Shown here piece after piece: positions 33,884 through 48,398 of a stretch of 64,000 bases of DNA; within the stretch, counting starts at the first letter, position 1, and each line of letters begins with the position of its first letter. Made by a program: the position numbers and the translations under genes. The notes below the pieces were generated by a model. That model made no database searches. It was not told the origin of the DNA and worked only from the letters and a program-made list of their open reading frames with translations. This DNA is from an uncultured cyanobacterium (GTDB lineage: Bacteria > Cyanobacteriota > Cyanobacteriia > Cyanobacteriales > Cyanobacteriaceae). The stretch spans positions 160,001-224,000 of the forward strand of contig CAVQBA010000005.1 in assembly GCA_963710605.1 (NCBI GenBank), read 5' to 3'.

Positions 33884-34543
33884 TTAGCAACCCATCGGTG
33901 AATGACAATCACCATAAAAAGGATCGATCGGTTTGACTGGATTGGGACGAGAATTATTTTGAGTTGATGTATTATTTTCAATCGGAATATTTCGATCGTT
34001 ACTCGGTTGCGAATTATTAGACATACCACCACTAATCCATCCATCTAAAACTAGACCCATAAGTAATAATTGTGCAGCTACTTGTTGTTGTCTGATTTGC
34101 TGTTGTTTTTCAATATAAGCTTGTTGTTCGCTTGGAGAAAGACTTTCAAAATAAGCTCTTCTTCTGACTGCTTCTTGAATTTCTTGTTCTTTTGCCGCCG
34201 CACGAGCTTGTGCAAGTTCTTCTTGTCTTCTTTTTCTTTCTTCTAAACGTATTTGACGTTGCTGTTCGGCTATTTCTCTTTTTTCTCGTTTTTCTTCACG
34301 TACTTTTTCTTGCTCAACTATGTCTAATACATCATCAACTCCCTCCTTTACATCATTAAATACATCCCAAAAACCAGCAGTCAATATATTGTCTGACGGT
34401 TGTGAGAGTAATAAATCAGCAGTATCGATCGTATTGGGTTCAATTTTATTTAGTCCATCTTGACTAGCGGATACAGTCGTAAAACTGCCTGAAACCAAAA
34501 TCAGACTGCTTGCAAGAGTACATATACTTTTATTTCTTTTCAT
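33884..34543 (-). CDS. Hypothetical secreted coiled-coil protein
   Basis: Signal-peptide-like N-terminus, E/R/Q-rich helix, C-terminal CHSPMGC. Confidence 0.65.
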   Translation of the reverse strand: MKRNKSICTLASSLILVSGSFTTVSASQDGLNKIEPNTIDTADLLLSQPSDNILTAGFWDVFNDVKEGVDDVLDIVEQEKVREEKREKREIAEQQRQIRLEERKRRQEELAQARAAAKEQEIQEAVRRRAYFESLSPSEQQAYIEKQQQIRQQQVAAQLLLMGLVLDGWISGGMSNNSQPSNDRNIPIENNTSTQNNSRPNPVKPIDPFYGDCHSPMGC

Positions 34544-34625
34544 AATTAATCTGTGTTTGTATTAACTGAGTTGTTTCGATTAATAACTAGAATAAATTAA
34601 TTATGAGGAATAATCATGTTGCTCG

Positions 34626-34639
34626 TGCGAACAACTAAA
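34626..34639 (-). promoter_or_regulatory. Shared upstream motif copy A (TTTAGTTGTTCGCA)
   Basis: About 83 bp upstream of ATG 34543, same strand. Confidence 0.6.
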
Positions 34640-34806
34640 TATATGTAGAAGATTGATGTTAAAACTTTTACAGTTAATAGGTTTGAGATTTTGGTGATAT
34701 TTTCAAACAAGATAAGATAGACGATCGAATAGTCAAAATCGATCTTATTTTCTTTCTGTGTTGAGAAGATACAATTATTGAAAGAAAGTTCTTTTTCTCA
34801 ACGAAA

Positions 34807-35670
34807 TTAGTGAGTTAAACTAGAAAAATACTCAAACCATTGTTTTACATTAATTTTCGCTCCTGCGGCATTTTTATGACCACCACCACCATAGTGTTTA
34901 GCTACTTGCGATACATCAGCACCACCATTTTTACGACTACGAAGGTTAATCACGATCGTATCATCAATACAACTCCACATCACTACATATGGTGCTTGAG
35001 GAAATTTATCATACATAGCTTGACAAGTTTCTGAGACCATATGAGGGCTATTAATCATCGGTACTCGATCTGGTTGTTCTGGCAGATTAGCCCAATAAAC
35101 ATTTTTTAATTGATTTTTAACTTGATTTTTTCCTGCTCGAACAATAGTCTTACCTTGTTCGACTAAGTTTGAGACATATCGATCGTCATTTAATAAGTTT
35201 TGCCAAGTATCTAAATCAAAATCAACTAAATTTAATACTGCTTCGGTGAAAGGTTTTGTTTGTTCTATTTCCCATTTCCATAAATCTCGATCGTCAAACA
35301 TCTTTACTGACCAAGGTAAGGGAGATTCGGGGAAGAAGTAATTCCAAGTTAATACTGCTCCCGATTTGTTTAAGTTAAAGAAAGCTCCTGATAATCCCAT
35401 TAACGCCTCTTGGGCTGTTTTATGGTGATCGAGTATAATTACCTTTTGATGATCGTTTTGTAATTCTAAAATGATGTTTCGAGGATAACTGAAGTCTAGT
35501 AGATAGATAACACTGTTTTTCCCCATTTTTGGTACGGGAGATTGGTGATAACCTGCAATGTATTCTACTTTTGTATTGGGATGATGTTCTTGAAAAAATT
35601 TGTATGCGATGGTAGCTGAACAGAATCCATCTAGACAATTGCCATGATAGATAACATAAGTTTTAGTCAT
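34807..35670 (-). CDS. DHH/DHHA1-family phosphoesterase
   Basis: YHGNCLDG, LLDFS, ILDHHKT, DDRDLW, GGGGHKNAAG. Confidence 0.9.
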   Translation of the reverse strand: MTKTYVIYHGNCLDGFCSATIAYKFFQEHHPNTKVEYIAGYHQSPVPKMGKNSVIYLLDFSYPRNIILELQNDHQKVIILDHHKTAQEALMGLSGAFFNLNKSGAVLTWNYFFPESPLPWSVKMFDDRDLWKWEIEQTKPFTEAVLNLVDFDLDTWQNLLNDDRYVSNLVEQGKTIVRAGKNQVKNQLKNVYWANLPEQPDRVPMINSPHMVSETCQAMYDKFPQAPYVVMWSCIDDTIVINLRSRKNGGADVSQVAKHYGGGGHKNAAGAKINVKQWFEYFSSLTH

Positions 35671-35825
35671 TAGTTAGCTAGTTTATTTTGTTAATAGACA
35701 ATAATGTTACGAATACTCGATAACTCTCGAAATATAGTAAGGATTTGAAGAGTTTTCAGAGTAATGTTTAGTTGGTTGCCGATCGATTTTGCTTAATTAG
35801 TTAAAGTAACTTTTTTCTGCTCAAA

Positions 35826-37421
35826 TTACCAAACTTGAATCGATCGAGCTGACATTGCGTTAGCGAAATTATTTCTCTGGGGGTGATTAACTCCAAAAAT
35901 AGTTACTACCTGATAAGCATCATCATCATCAGGATAATTAGATTTAATCCAAACGTAAGAAGGAATACCTAATTTACCTCCTACATCAGCGTTTCCTCTA
36001 TTAGTTTGATTATTAAATCCTTTAAAACAATCGCTACTATAAAGTAAGTTTAATCCTTCTCCTAAGACATCTTTTTTGTAACCTTCTCTATACCAATCGT
36101 CAACTTCACTAGGATATTTTAATTGAGTAGAAGGAATCAAAAATATTCTACTATTATCGTCGAAAACATCTTGATAACGATTTTGTTGATTTCCTAAACT
36201 ATGATTAGCTGGATTACCTTGAGGTTGAATAGCTCGAAAACAATCTAAAACATCTTGAATAAAAATTTGCCAGTCTGACTCTACACAAGGAAGAATAAAA
36301 TCGCTTAATTCCCAAAAGCATCCTCTTAGTCTTCTATTATTTAGATGTAAGGGGCGACGAGAACTTTTTGCAAATCCTCCTATATGAGATGCAAATTTCA
36401 ATAAAGATTCTATTAGCTCGAAATCTTTTTGGTTTTTTGCTTCTAATAAAATTTCACCTTGACAATAGTAAGGCTCTTTTCTTTTACTATCTCCTAAATC
36501 TTCTTCACTTAAAGTAATATCCAAACGAGTAGTACTTTCTTGGTTTAATTGACCAAATAATCGATTTTCTAAACGTTTACTTGTTTGTATATCATATAAG
36601 CCTAAAGCGATCGCTCTGAACCAGTAACGTAAAATACCTCTTAAAGCGATCGGGCGAAATTCCACATCGCCATTCCATTGGTTATCTTTATTCGGAGGAA
36701 ACGCACCATAAACACCTTGAGAATAAAATTGAAAATGATATTCACCAGAATAGGGTAAATTAGCTTTAGCGTTAGCTCGTCCGTAACCAGCATTTACTCT
36801 CGAGCCTATTCCAGCTTGTAACGCTTTTTTTAACCAATTTTTGACAGTTATTAAATCGGCAGATTGATTTTTACCTTTACTTGTCAACATTAAACCAATT
36901 AGAATTTCAGGTTTTTCCATTGACAGAAAAAAGTGAGGCACGGGGTCATATTTTACTCGATTGTTATTTTGCCATGTCCATTGAGGATTAACTATATCAG
37001 TACTCAAACAAGGTTCGGTGGGAAAAGCATCTAAAATTTGTACCGTACCAATACCCTCATCAATATCACCTAAAATTCTTTTTACTTCGGTTAAGCTAAT
37101 TTCTCCTTTTTTAGTATCTTTTTTAGCTTGTGCGAGGATAGCTCCTTTTAAACTGCTAGCTGGAAGATAAGGTACACCATAAACAGGATGAAATACAGGT
37201 AAAAGTAATTCTCGAAAGCCACGCATTCCCCCAACTCGAACACGCCAAGAAAATTCGATTTTGAGGCTTTCGGTAGCTAGTTTTTTTGTTCTTGCTGTTA
37301 ATTTACGATATATTTCATTACAAGTTTGTTCTGCATCTTCTACCGATTCTAAAATTGGGGATATTTGCCTTTCGGTCGTAAGTACTTTTGTATTGAGAGC
37401 TTGTAAAGGATTAATTATCAT
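35826..37421 (-). CDS. cmr6: Cmr6-Cmr1 fusion RAMP protein
   Basis: N-half PYLPASSLKG..GIGSRVNAGYG (Cmr6-like); C-half FRPIALRGILRYWFRA..LFG..GGFAKSSRR (Cmr1-like). Confidence 0.8.
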   Translation of the reverse strand: MIINPLQALNTKVLTTERQISPILESVEDAEQTCNEIYRKLTARTKKLATESLKIEFSWRVRVGGMRGFRELLLPVFHPVYGVPYLPASSLKGAILAQAKKDTKKGEISLTEVKRILGDIDEGIGTVQILDAFPTEPCLSTDIVNPQWTWQNNNRVKYDPVPHFFLSMEKPEILIGLMLTSKGKNQSADLITVKNWLKKALQAGIGSRVNAGYGRANAKANLPYSGEYHFQFYSQGVYGAFPPNKDNQWNGDVEFRPIALRGILRYWFRAIALGLYDIQTSKRLENRLFGQLNQESTTRLDITLSEEDLGDSKRKEPYYCQGEILLEAKNQKDFELIESLLKFASHIGGFAKSSRRPLHLNNRRLRGCFWELSDFILPCVESDWQIFIQDVLDCFRAIQPQGNPANHSLGNQQNRYQDVFDDNSRIFLIPSTQLKYPSEVDDWYREGYKKDVLGEGLNLLYSSDCFKGFNNQTNRGNADVGGKLGIPSYVWIKSNYPDDDDAYQVVTIFGVNHPQRNNFANAMSARSIQVW

Positions 37422-37435
37422 TATCTAGTTACCTC

Positions 37436-37972
37436 CTAATCATTTTTTGGTTCGCCTAATACTGCTACTGCCCAAAAAGACCATTCTTTGGATAATTGAA
37501 TGGCAAGACGATTTAAACCTGTATATCTTCTTAAGGGTAAGTTAATTAAAGTAGATTCGTCATCAACATCAAAATTACTACCACTGAAACTTTTGAGTTT
37601 GATCAAAAACTGTTGATAAACATAACCTTTATATTTAGTATCGGAGGCAGTACCAATGAGGAATTTTTGGGCATCACCACTCAAACGATGAAGCCCCCAT
37701 GTAGAAATATAAGCAGTTAATCCTCTAATAAGGTTACAGGCTTTACTGTCATAACTATTTCCTCCTAATTCTCGATGGAGAATTGTTTTTAATTCAGTTA
37801 AACCTTTATAAGCTTCTTGGCTAAAAGAGCGAGAATCTAGTTTCATCGTAGTCAGTCGCTTTTGAGTAGGTTGTACATTAGATTGATTCATCGTAGATGA
37901 TTTACTAACGTTTGTTGTAGCTGGTACTGTTTTGTTTTGTTGCTTATATTTGTTTTTGCGTTGTTTACCCAT
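37436..37972 (-). CDS. cmr5: Putative Cmr5-like small subunit
   Basis: Small helical protein between cmr4 and cmr6; YISTWGL motif; call rests mainly on position. Confidence 0.6.
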   Translation of the reverse strand: MGKQRKNKYKQQNKTVPATTNVSKSSTMNQSNVQPTQKRLTTMKLDSRSFSQEAYKGLTELKTILHRELGGNSYDSKACNLIRGLTAYISTWGLHRLSGDAQKFLIGTASDTKYKGYVYQQFLIKLKSFSGSNFDVDDESTLINLPLRRYTGLNRLAIQLSKEWSFWAVAVLGEPKND

Positions 37973-38003
37973 AGTATGAAAACTCCTGTCAATTAATATT
38001 GTT

Positions 38004-43280
<5,277 letters not shown>

Positions 43281-43357
43281 TATTATTTAACCATGATATT
43301 GTTATCAGCAACTTTGGCAATCATAAAGTTAATTAAAAATAAATACAATCATTTTCC

Positions 43358-43370
43358 TGCGAACATCAAA
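43358..43370 (-). promoter_or_regulatory. Shared upstream motif copy B (TTTGATGTTCGCA)
   Basis: About 78 bp upstream of the cas10 ATG. Confidence 0.6.
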
Positions 43371-43419
43371 ATAGTTAATAATTTGTTAAAAAACTACATT
43401 AAAAATACATATGTTTTAG

Positions 43420-43717
43420 ATCGATCGTTTGGTGTGTCGATACGAGTTTTCGTTAGCTACAAAACGGTAAAATAATCTCTGTAATCTTTGATTTATAGTT
43501 ATTTGAGGTATATTTACATAGAAAGAATAAAAGAGCCTACACACCGAAACAAATCTCTGAAAGCTATATTTTTCGTTGACCTGTGTCGATGCTATATCCA
43601 GACTGTGTTTGAGGTAGGTAATTTTTCTACTTTTGGCATATAATAAGAACAGAAATGGCTGGTGTGTCGATTAGGGGGTTTGAAAGCCTTAGTCTATATG
43701 CTTTCTAGAACGCAACT
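43420..43717 (+). promoter_or_regulatory. CRISPR leader
   Basis: Non-coding, next to the conserved end of the array; three TGTGTCGAT copies (~43433, 43582, 43663) and GGGGGTTTGAAAGCC. Confidence 0.7.
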
Positions 43718-45140
43718 CTCTGGTTTAACTACTGGAGAACAATTAATGGAAACTTAAACCACAAAATTGCTAGCATAAAACAAATGAACACTCTGGTTTA
43801 ACTACTGGAGAACAATTAATGGAAACATGTCGATAGAGATTTCATCTTTATCGTCGAAAATTGCTCTGGTTTAACTACTGGAGAACAATTAATGGAAACA
43901 TGCCGCCAGAAATTATATTTTGCCCGTAGAACTCAACCTCTGGTTTAACTACTGGAGAACAATTAATGGAAACATTTTCATACTCTTCAATTAATTTTTC
44001 TTGTATTTTTCTCTGGTTTAACTACTGGAGAACAATTAATGGAAACTCTCCTAGTAGGTTTTGTACCCCTTGGAAAAAAGCGTCTCTGGTTTAACTACTG
44101 GAGAACAATTAATGGAAACTTATGAAGCGTGTAGCGCTTTCATAAAATCTTCTAACTCTGGTTTAACTACTGGAGAACAATTAATGGAAACTTTTTTTGA
44201 GTAATTTCTTCTTTTTGTTCTTTTCTCTGGTTTAACTACTGGAGAACAATTAATGGAAACAAAAGATCGCCAACCTGAGGTGAAATTTCACTTCCTCTGG
44301 TTTAACTACTGGAGAACAATTAATGGAAACGGATATACGATTTCTCCGGCTTGAGCTACTTCAACACCAAACTCTGGTTTAACTACTGGAGAACAATTAA
44401 TGGAAACCTCCAGGTGATTCCTGTAACCTTGGGTGAGATCCTACTCTGGTTTAACTACTGGAGAACAATTAATGGAAACTACGATGACCCAGAACACTAG
44501 TAGTCGTTGGTGGGTACAATTCTCTGGTTTAACTACTGGAGAACAATTAATGGAAACTGGTTTGCAAATGAGCATTCAGTGAGACGCTTTACTCTGGTTT
44601 AACTACTGGAGAACAATTAATGGAAACTCCAGCTCTTCATTATCGTTAACTCGGCCAACTTGATTCTCTGGTTTAACTACTGGAGAACAATTAATGGAAA
44701 CTTCTATTAGAGGAACGAGAAGGGCGATTACTCTCCTCCTCTGGTTTAACTACTGGAGAACAATTAATGGAAACTTGCGTTCTTCTTCACAGAAGAGTTG
44801 TTCGAGTTCCCCTCTGGTTTAACTACTGGAGAACAATTAATGGAAACGTTGAATGCATTCTTTAAATCGTTTCCAAATTCTGCTAGGCTCTGGTTTAACG
44901 ATCGGAGAACAATTAATGGAAACGAGACTAAGCTGACAAAACTGTCAGCTTTCAAAAAATTACACTCTGGTTTAACGATCGGAGAACAATTAATGGAAAC
45001 GTTGAGACAAGTACGATCTCCTGTGTGACTGTTAGCTCTGGTTTAACGATCGGAGAACAAACAATTAATGGAAACGAAAAAAGAATCACTGGAGTTACAG
45101 CAATTGCTGTCTCTGGTTTAACGATCGGAGAACAATTAAT
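43718..45140 (+). CRISPR. CRISPR array: 20 repeats, 19 spacers (33-42 nt); repeat CTCTGGTTTAACTACTGGAGAACAATTAATGGAAAC
   Basis: 16 identical 36-nt repeats (43718-44847), then 4 variants with CGATCG; repeat 19 has a 4-nt duplication and repeat 20 is truncated; 3' GGAAAC and degenerate right end give + orientation. Confidence 0.98.
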
Positions 45141-45204
45141 AAAAGAGGATGAAATTTGCTATTTTTTACAGTGGCAGACTTCATTCTTTTTTTTTGTTGA
45201 CTGA

Positions 45205-45309
45205 TATAGCAGAGAACGAGTTAGTTAAGACATAGTATAAGAACGAACGCTGTACCATCTAAGGATTTTACCTTTGCCCTTTGCCCTTTGCCCTTTGCCC
45301 CTTGCTATA
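45205..45309. repeat. TATAGC...GCTATA element containing CCTTTGC heptamer tandem repeats
   Basis: Terminal inverted TATAGCA/TGCTATA; about four CCTTTGC units. Confidence 0.65.
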
Positions 45310-45613
45310 GCAGGGTGTATGAATATTTTGTTATGACGATCGACAATATTTCTAAGCCGACGAATAAAAGCGATCGTATAGCTAAATGAATTTATAATTG
45401 CACTTTTTGTGTTGATGAAAGTCTCCCCTTGGAAGGGGAGGGGCTGTCACCTGAATTTATTTCAGGTGCTTGTAAGCCCCGTGAGAAACACGAGGGGTTG
45501 GCGAGAGTATAAGTAATCACAAATTGATTCGACTATAATTTGTGTTGGAGACGATCGTTTTCATTGTTATAAGCAAGTCAATGAGACAAAGTAAAGTCAA
45601 ATATTACTAAATG

Positions 45614-45626
45614 TTTCTTATTCGCA
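45614..45626 (+). promoter_or_regulatory. Shared upstream motif copy C (TTTCTTATTCGCA, variant)
   Basis: 177 bp upstream of the CARF gene; about 67 bp if the intervening 110-bp MITE is removed. Confidence 0.45.
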
Positions 45627-45676
45627 TCAAAAATAGAGACAATTGTTTTTTTTAAACTAGACTCAGAAATAGTAAC

Positions 45677-45786
45677 TATAGCGTTTTCCATACTTGTGAA
45701 GTACAGTTAGCGATCGACAAGTCCCCCTTAATAAGGGGGACTCGTGGGGGATCGATATGTACCTCGTAATGGTGATAATTGCTATA
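45677..45786. repeat. TATAGC...GCTATA MITE-like repeat with CCCCCTTAATAAGGGGG hairpin
   Basis: Homologous to 29716-29823. Confidence 0.75.
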
Positions 45787-45802
45787 TTAATAGAATGATT
45801 AT

Positions 45803-47533
45803 ATGACTATTCTTATTTGTAACATTGGAACATCAGATTTAGCAGTGAAAGTAGATGGTTATTATTTACCGATTGGGTTCGATCGTATTCAGCCTAATAT
45901 GAATTACAGTGAATTAAGTGAAGAAGAAAAAGATTATTGGGATAATCTACAATTCTATATCACCGAAACTATCTGTCAACCATTGAAAGTAGAAGTTAAA
46001 GAAGAATCACGAGGAGAAAAAAAGTTTTATCGCTACTCTTTTCGAGATTTAACAAAGGCAATTCTTGATAATTACGATGATTGGAAAGACAGAGTTAAAC
46101 CTTGTCGTATTTTAGGAGTCATTGACAAAGCAGTTAAAGAATTTCAAGTTAAAAATATTTATTTCTTTGTTACTAACCAAAAATCGCTTCACCCTCAAGA
46201 CTCGATTTATCTGTTTAAAATTTTAGAAAAATGGTTAAAAGAAAACGATTATGATGTTAATTTATTTGCTAAATACATTCCTGAAGAAATTGTCTTAAAT
46301 AATGAATCTTTAGATCGATTATTAGATTTTTATTACAGTTTTTTTCAAGAATTAATTCATACTTATGATGGTAACGAACAATTACTAGTAAGCCTCAAAG
46401 GTGGTATTCCGAATATGCAGACTGCATTAAAAATGCAAACTATATCTGCACCAATGTCAAAACAACTTTTTCTTAATCCTCAGCTATCACTCAAAAATGT
46501 TTTATCAGGTAAAAATTCTGATTGTGAATTAACTTCTTTTTGGCAATATACCCGCAGTCAAAAATACAATACAGTTAAGCAACTTTTAAATAGATGGGAT
46601 TTTGATGGGTGTACTGAAATTCTTAACGATTGGAATAAAACTTTAACATTTTTTATCGAGCAAGAAGTACTTCAAAAAAGTTTAATTAAACAGAATCGAA
46701 GAACTACAGAATTAGTTAAAAGCGTACTTAAAGCTGGGCTTTCGGCATTTAATTTAGATATTAGTTCGAGCCGAAATATCATTAAATCTGCGTTAGAAAA
46801 TACACCGCCACAATTAGTTAATAATCTGAGTGATATTCAAAGTCAGCTTGAAGAAAGTAACTACGATAATTTACTAAATATTTATACTCAATGTTGCATT
46901 TATGACGAATTAGGACAAACAGCTAATATGCTTTCTAGTATGATGTCTTTTTACGATATTATGCTTCAAAAAATGATTAAAATAATCGGAGGAAAACAAT
47001 ATCTAACTAGTCTGTATCATATTAAACTTGAACACTTTAAAAATGATATTGGAAATGAATTATTTTCTCAATTTAAAGACTTAGAAAAGAATGTATATGG
47101 TAAATATCACAATATAAAATTCAATCGTTTTAGTAAAGTAAATTATATTAATATTTTAGTAAAACATCGCTCTCAAAATTTAAAGATAACTAATCAAATA
47201 AATTATTGGAATGAAATAGAATATCAACTACAAGATAATAATACAGCCAAAGGTATTTTAGGTTTACTAGAAAGTTTAGAATATTGGGCTGATTTTCGTA
47301 ATAAAACAGTTCATCATGCTGAGGGTATTTCTCCTGCACGACTAACAGAAGCTAATCAAAATCGTCCTGATGGCGCTTGTTCTTACGATGAGATATTATG
47401 GATTATAGAACAAATTCTGACTAGTCCTTTAATTGCCTCAAAACGGGATTACAAAAAGGATTTTGTAGCTACTGAAAAATACTATATTTATTCAGATATT
47501 AAAAAATGGGCGATCGATACTTTAATTTATTAG
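45803..47533 (+). CDS. CARF-HEPN (Csm6/Csx1-like) cyclic-oligoadenylate effector
   Basis: N-terminal NIGTSD, FVTNQ..HPQDS, SLKGGIPNM (CARF-like); C-terminal RNKTVH (RX4H HEPN); next to a type III array. Confidence 0.75.
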   Translation: MTILICNIGTSDLAVKVDGYYLPIGFDRIQPNMNYSELSEEEKDYWDNLQFYITETICQPLKVEVKEESRGEKKFYRYSFRDLTKAILDNYDDWKDRVKPCRILGVIDKAVKEFQVKNIYFFVTNQKSLHPQDSIYLFKILEKWLKENDYDVNLFAKYIPEEIVLNNESLDRLLDFYYSFFQELIHTYDGNEQLLVSLKGGIPNMQTALKMQTISAPMSKQLFLNPQLSLKNVLSGKNSDCELTSFWQYTRSQKYNTVKQLLNRWDFDGCTEILNDWNKTLTFFIEQEVLQKSLIKQNRRTTELVKSVLKAGLSAFNLDISSSRNIIKSALENTPPQLVNNLSDIQSQLEESNYDNLLNIYTQCCIYDELGQTANMLSSMMSFYDIMLQKMIKIIGGKQYLTSLYHIKLEHFKNDIGNELFSQFKDLEKNVYGKYHNIKFNRFSKVNYINILVKHRSQNLKITNQINYWNEIEYQLQDNNTAKGILGLLESLEYWADFRNKTVHHAEGISPARLTEANQNRPDGACSYDEILWIIEQILTSPLIASKRDYKKDFVATEKYYIYSDIKKWAIDTLIY

Positions 47534-47612
47534 TAAATTGTAGAAATAACTACAAATAGCTATCTGCTCAAAATAAATAGCTAGAAGCTATTATTACAGT
47601 ACGATCGATTTA

Positions 47613-47957
47613 CAGGGCTGTTTCATTCACGTTCACCGAAAATAGCTATCTGCTCAAAATAAATAGCTATCTGCTATTTATACATACAATTCAAAATAAA
47701 TAGCTAGAAGCTATTATTACAGTACGATCGATCGATTTAGTTACATGATCTTTTTACCAAAAAATCAAGGGTTTAAAGCCCCGAATCTCCCCAGGGCTGA
47801 TTCATTCTCGGAAGAGCAAAATAGCTAGAAGCTATTATTACTATACGATCGAGTGATTTGATTACATTGTCTTTTTATTATGAGAAAAAAACTGCGTTCT
47901 ATTTACGGCTATTTCTTAGTTGTAGAAATTACAAAATTTAAGAATGAAACAGCCCTG
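47613..47957. mobile_element. MITE-like element(s) with CAGGGCTGTTTCATTC terminal inverted repeats
   Basis: TIR 47613-47628 and exact reverse complement 47942-47957; extra near-copy at ~47792; AAATAGCTAGAAGCTATTATTAC repeated three times between ~47575 and 47840. Confidence 0.75.
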
Positions 47958-48241
47958 CCCTTATAAAGGGGCTAGGGGGGCAAAATAAAGTATTGTAAAT
48001 TTACTCACCAGATATGTGTACACGGTAGCTTTGGCTTTAGGGGATATAGAGGTATCAATATGTACCTCATCATACTAACAATTGCAATTGTCTCAACCAA
48101 AACTAAGTAGCTCAAACTAAATAAGCACACATTTTGTAATTACCCCTAAAAGGCTTTGAAACGCTATTAAGATGATGGCTAAAGCCGTCACTACAAACTA
48201 AAGCTGTTTATCGTTTAATTAAGTGGGGTTACTTAATATAG

Positions 48242-48361
48242 ATAGCAACATAAGAATTAGTTAGGACGTTTTTTTATCTATGTACAACCCCTCTTTCATC
48301 TCCCCTTCCAAAGAGGAGACTTTAATCGATAAAAATCTTAATCTTACTTCGTACTGCTATA
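48242..48361. repeat. ATAGCA...TGCTAT dispersed repeat
   Basis: Shares AGTTAGGAC with 12272-12320 and a near-match at 45205; internal hairpin. Confidence 0.55.
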
Positions 48362-48398
48362 TCAATCAACTCAAATTTTTAGTAATTAGTAAATAACC

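Noticed and set aside
43293-43475. 60-aa ORF in the cas10/leader gap
   Set aside because: AT-rich, overlaps motif B and the leader, no homology recognised
44764-45028. Two short ORFs in the ORF track
   Set aside because: They are read-through of CRISPR repeats and spacers
45421-45500. Run of GC-rich hairpins after the array as a possible tracr-like RNA
   Set aside because: No complementarity to the repeat; resembles the dispersed palindromic repeats seen elsewhere in the window
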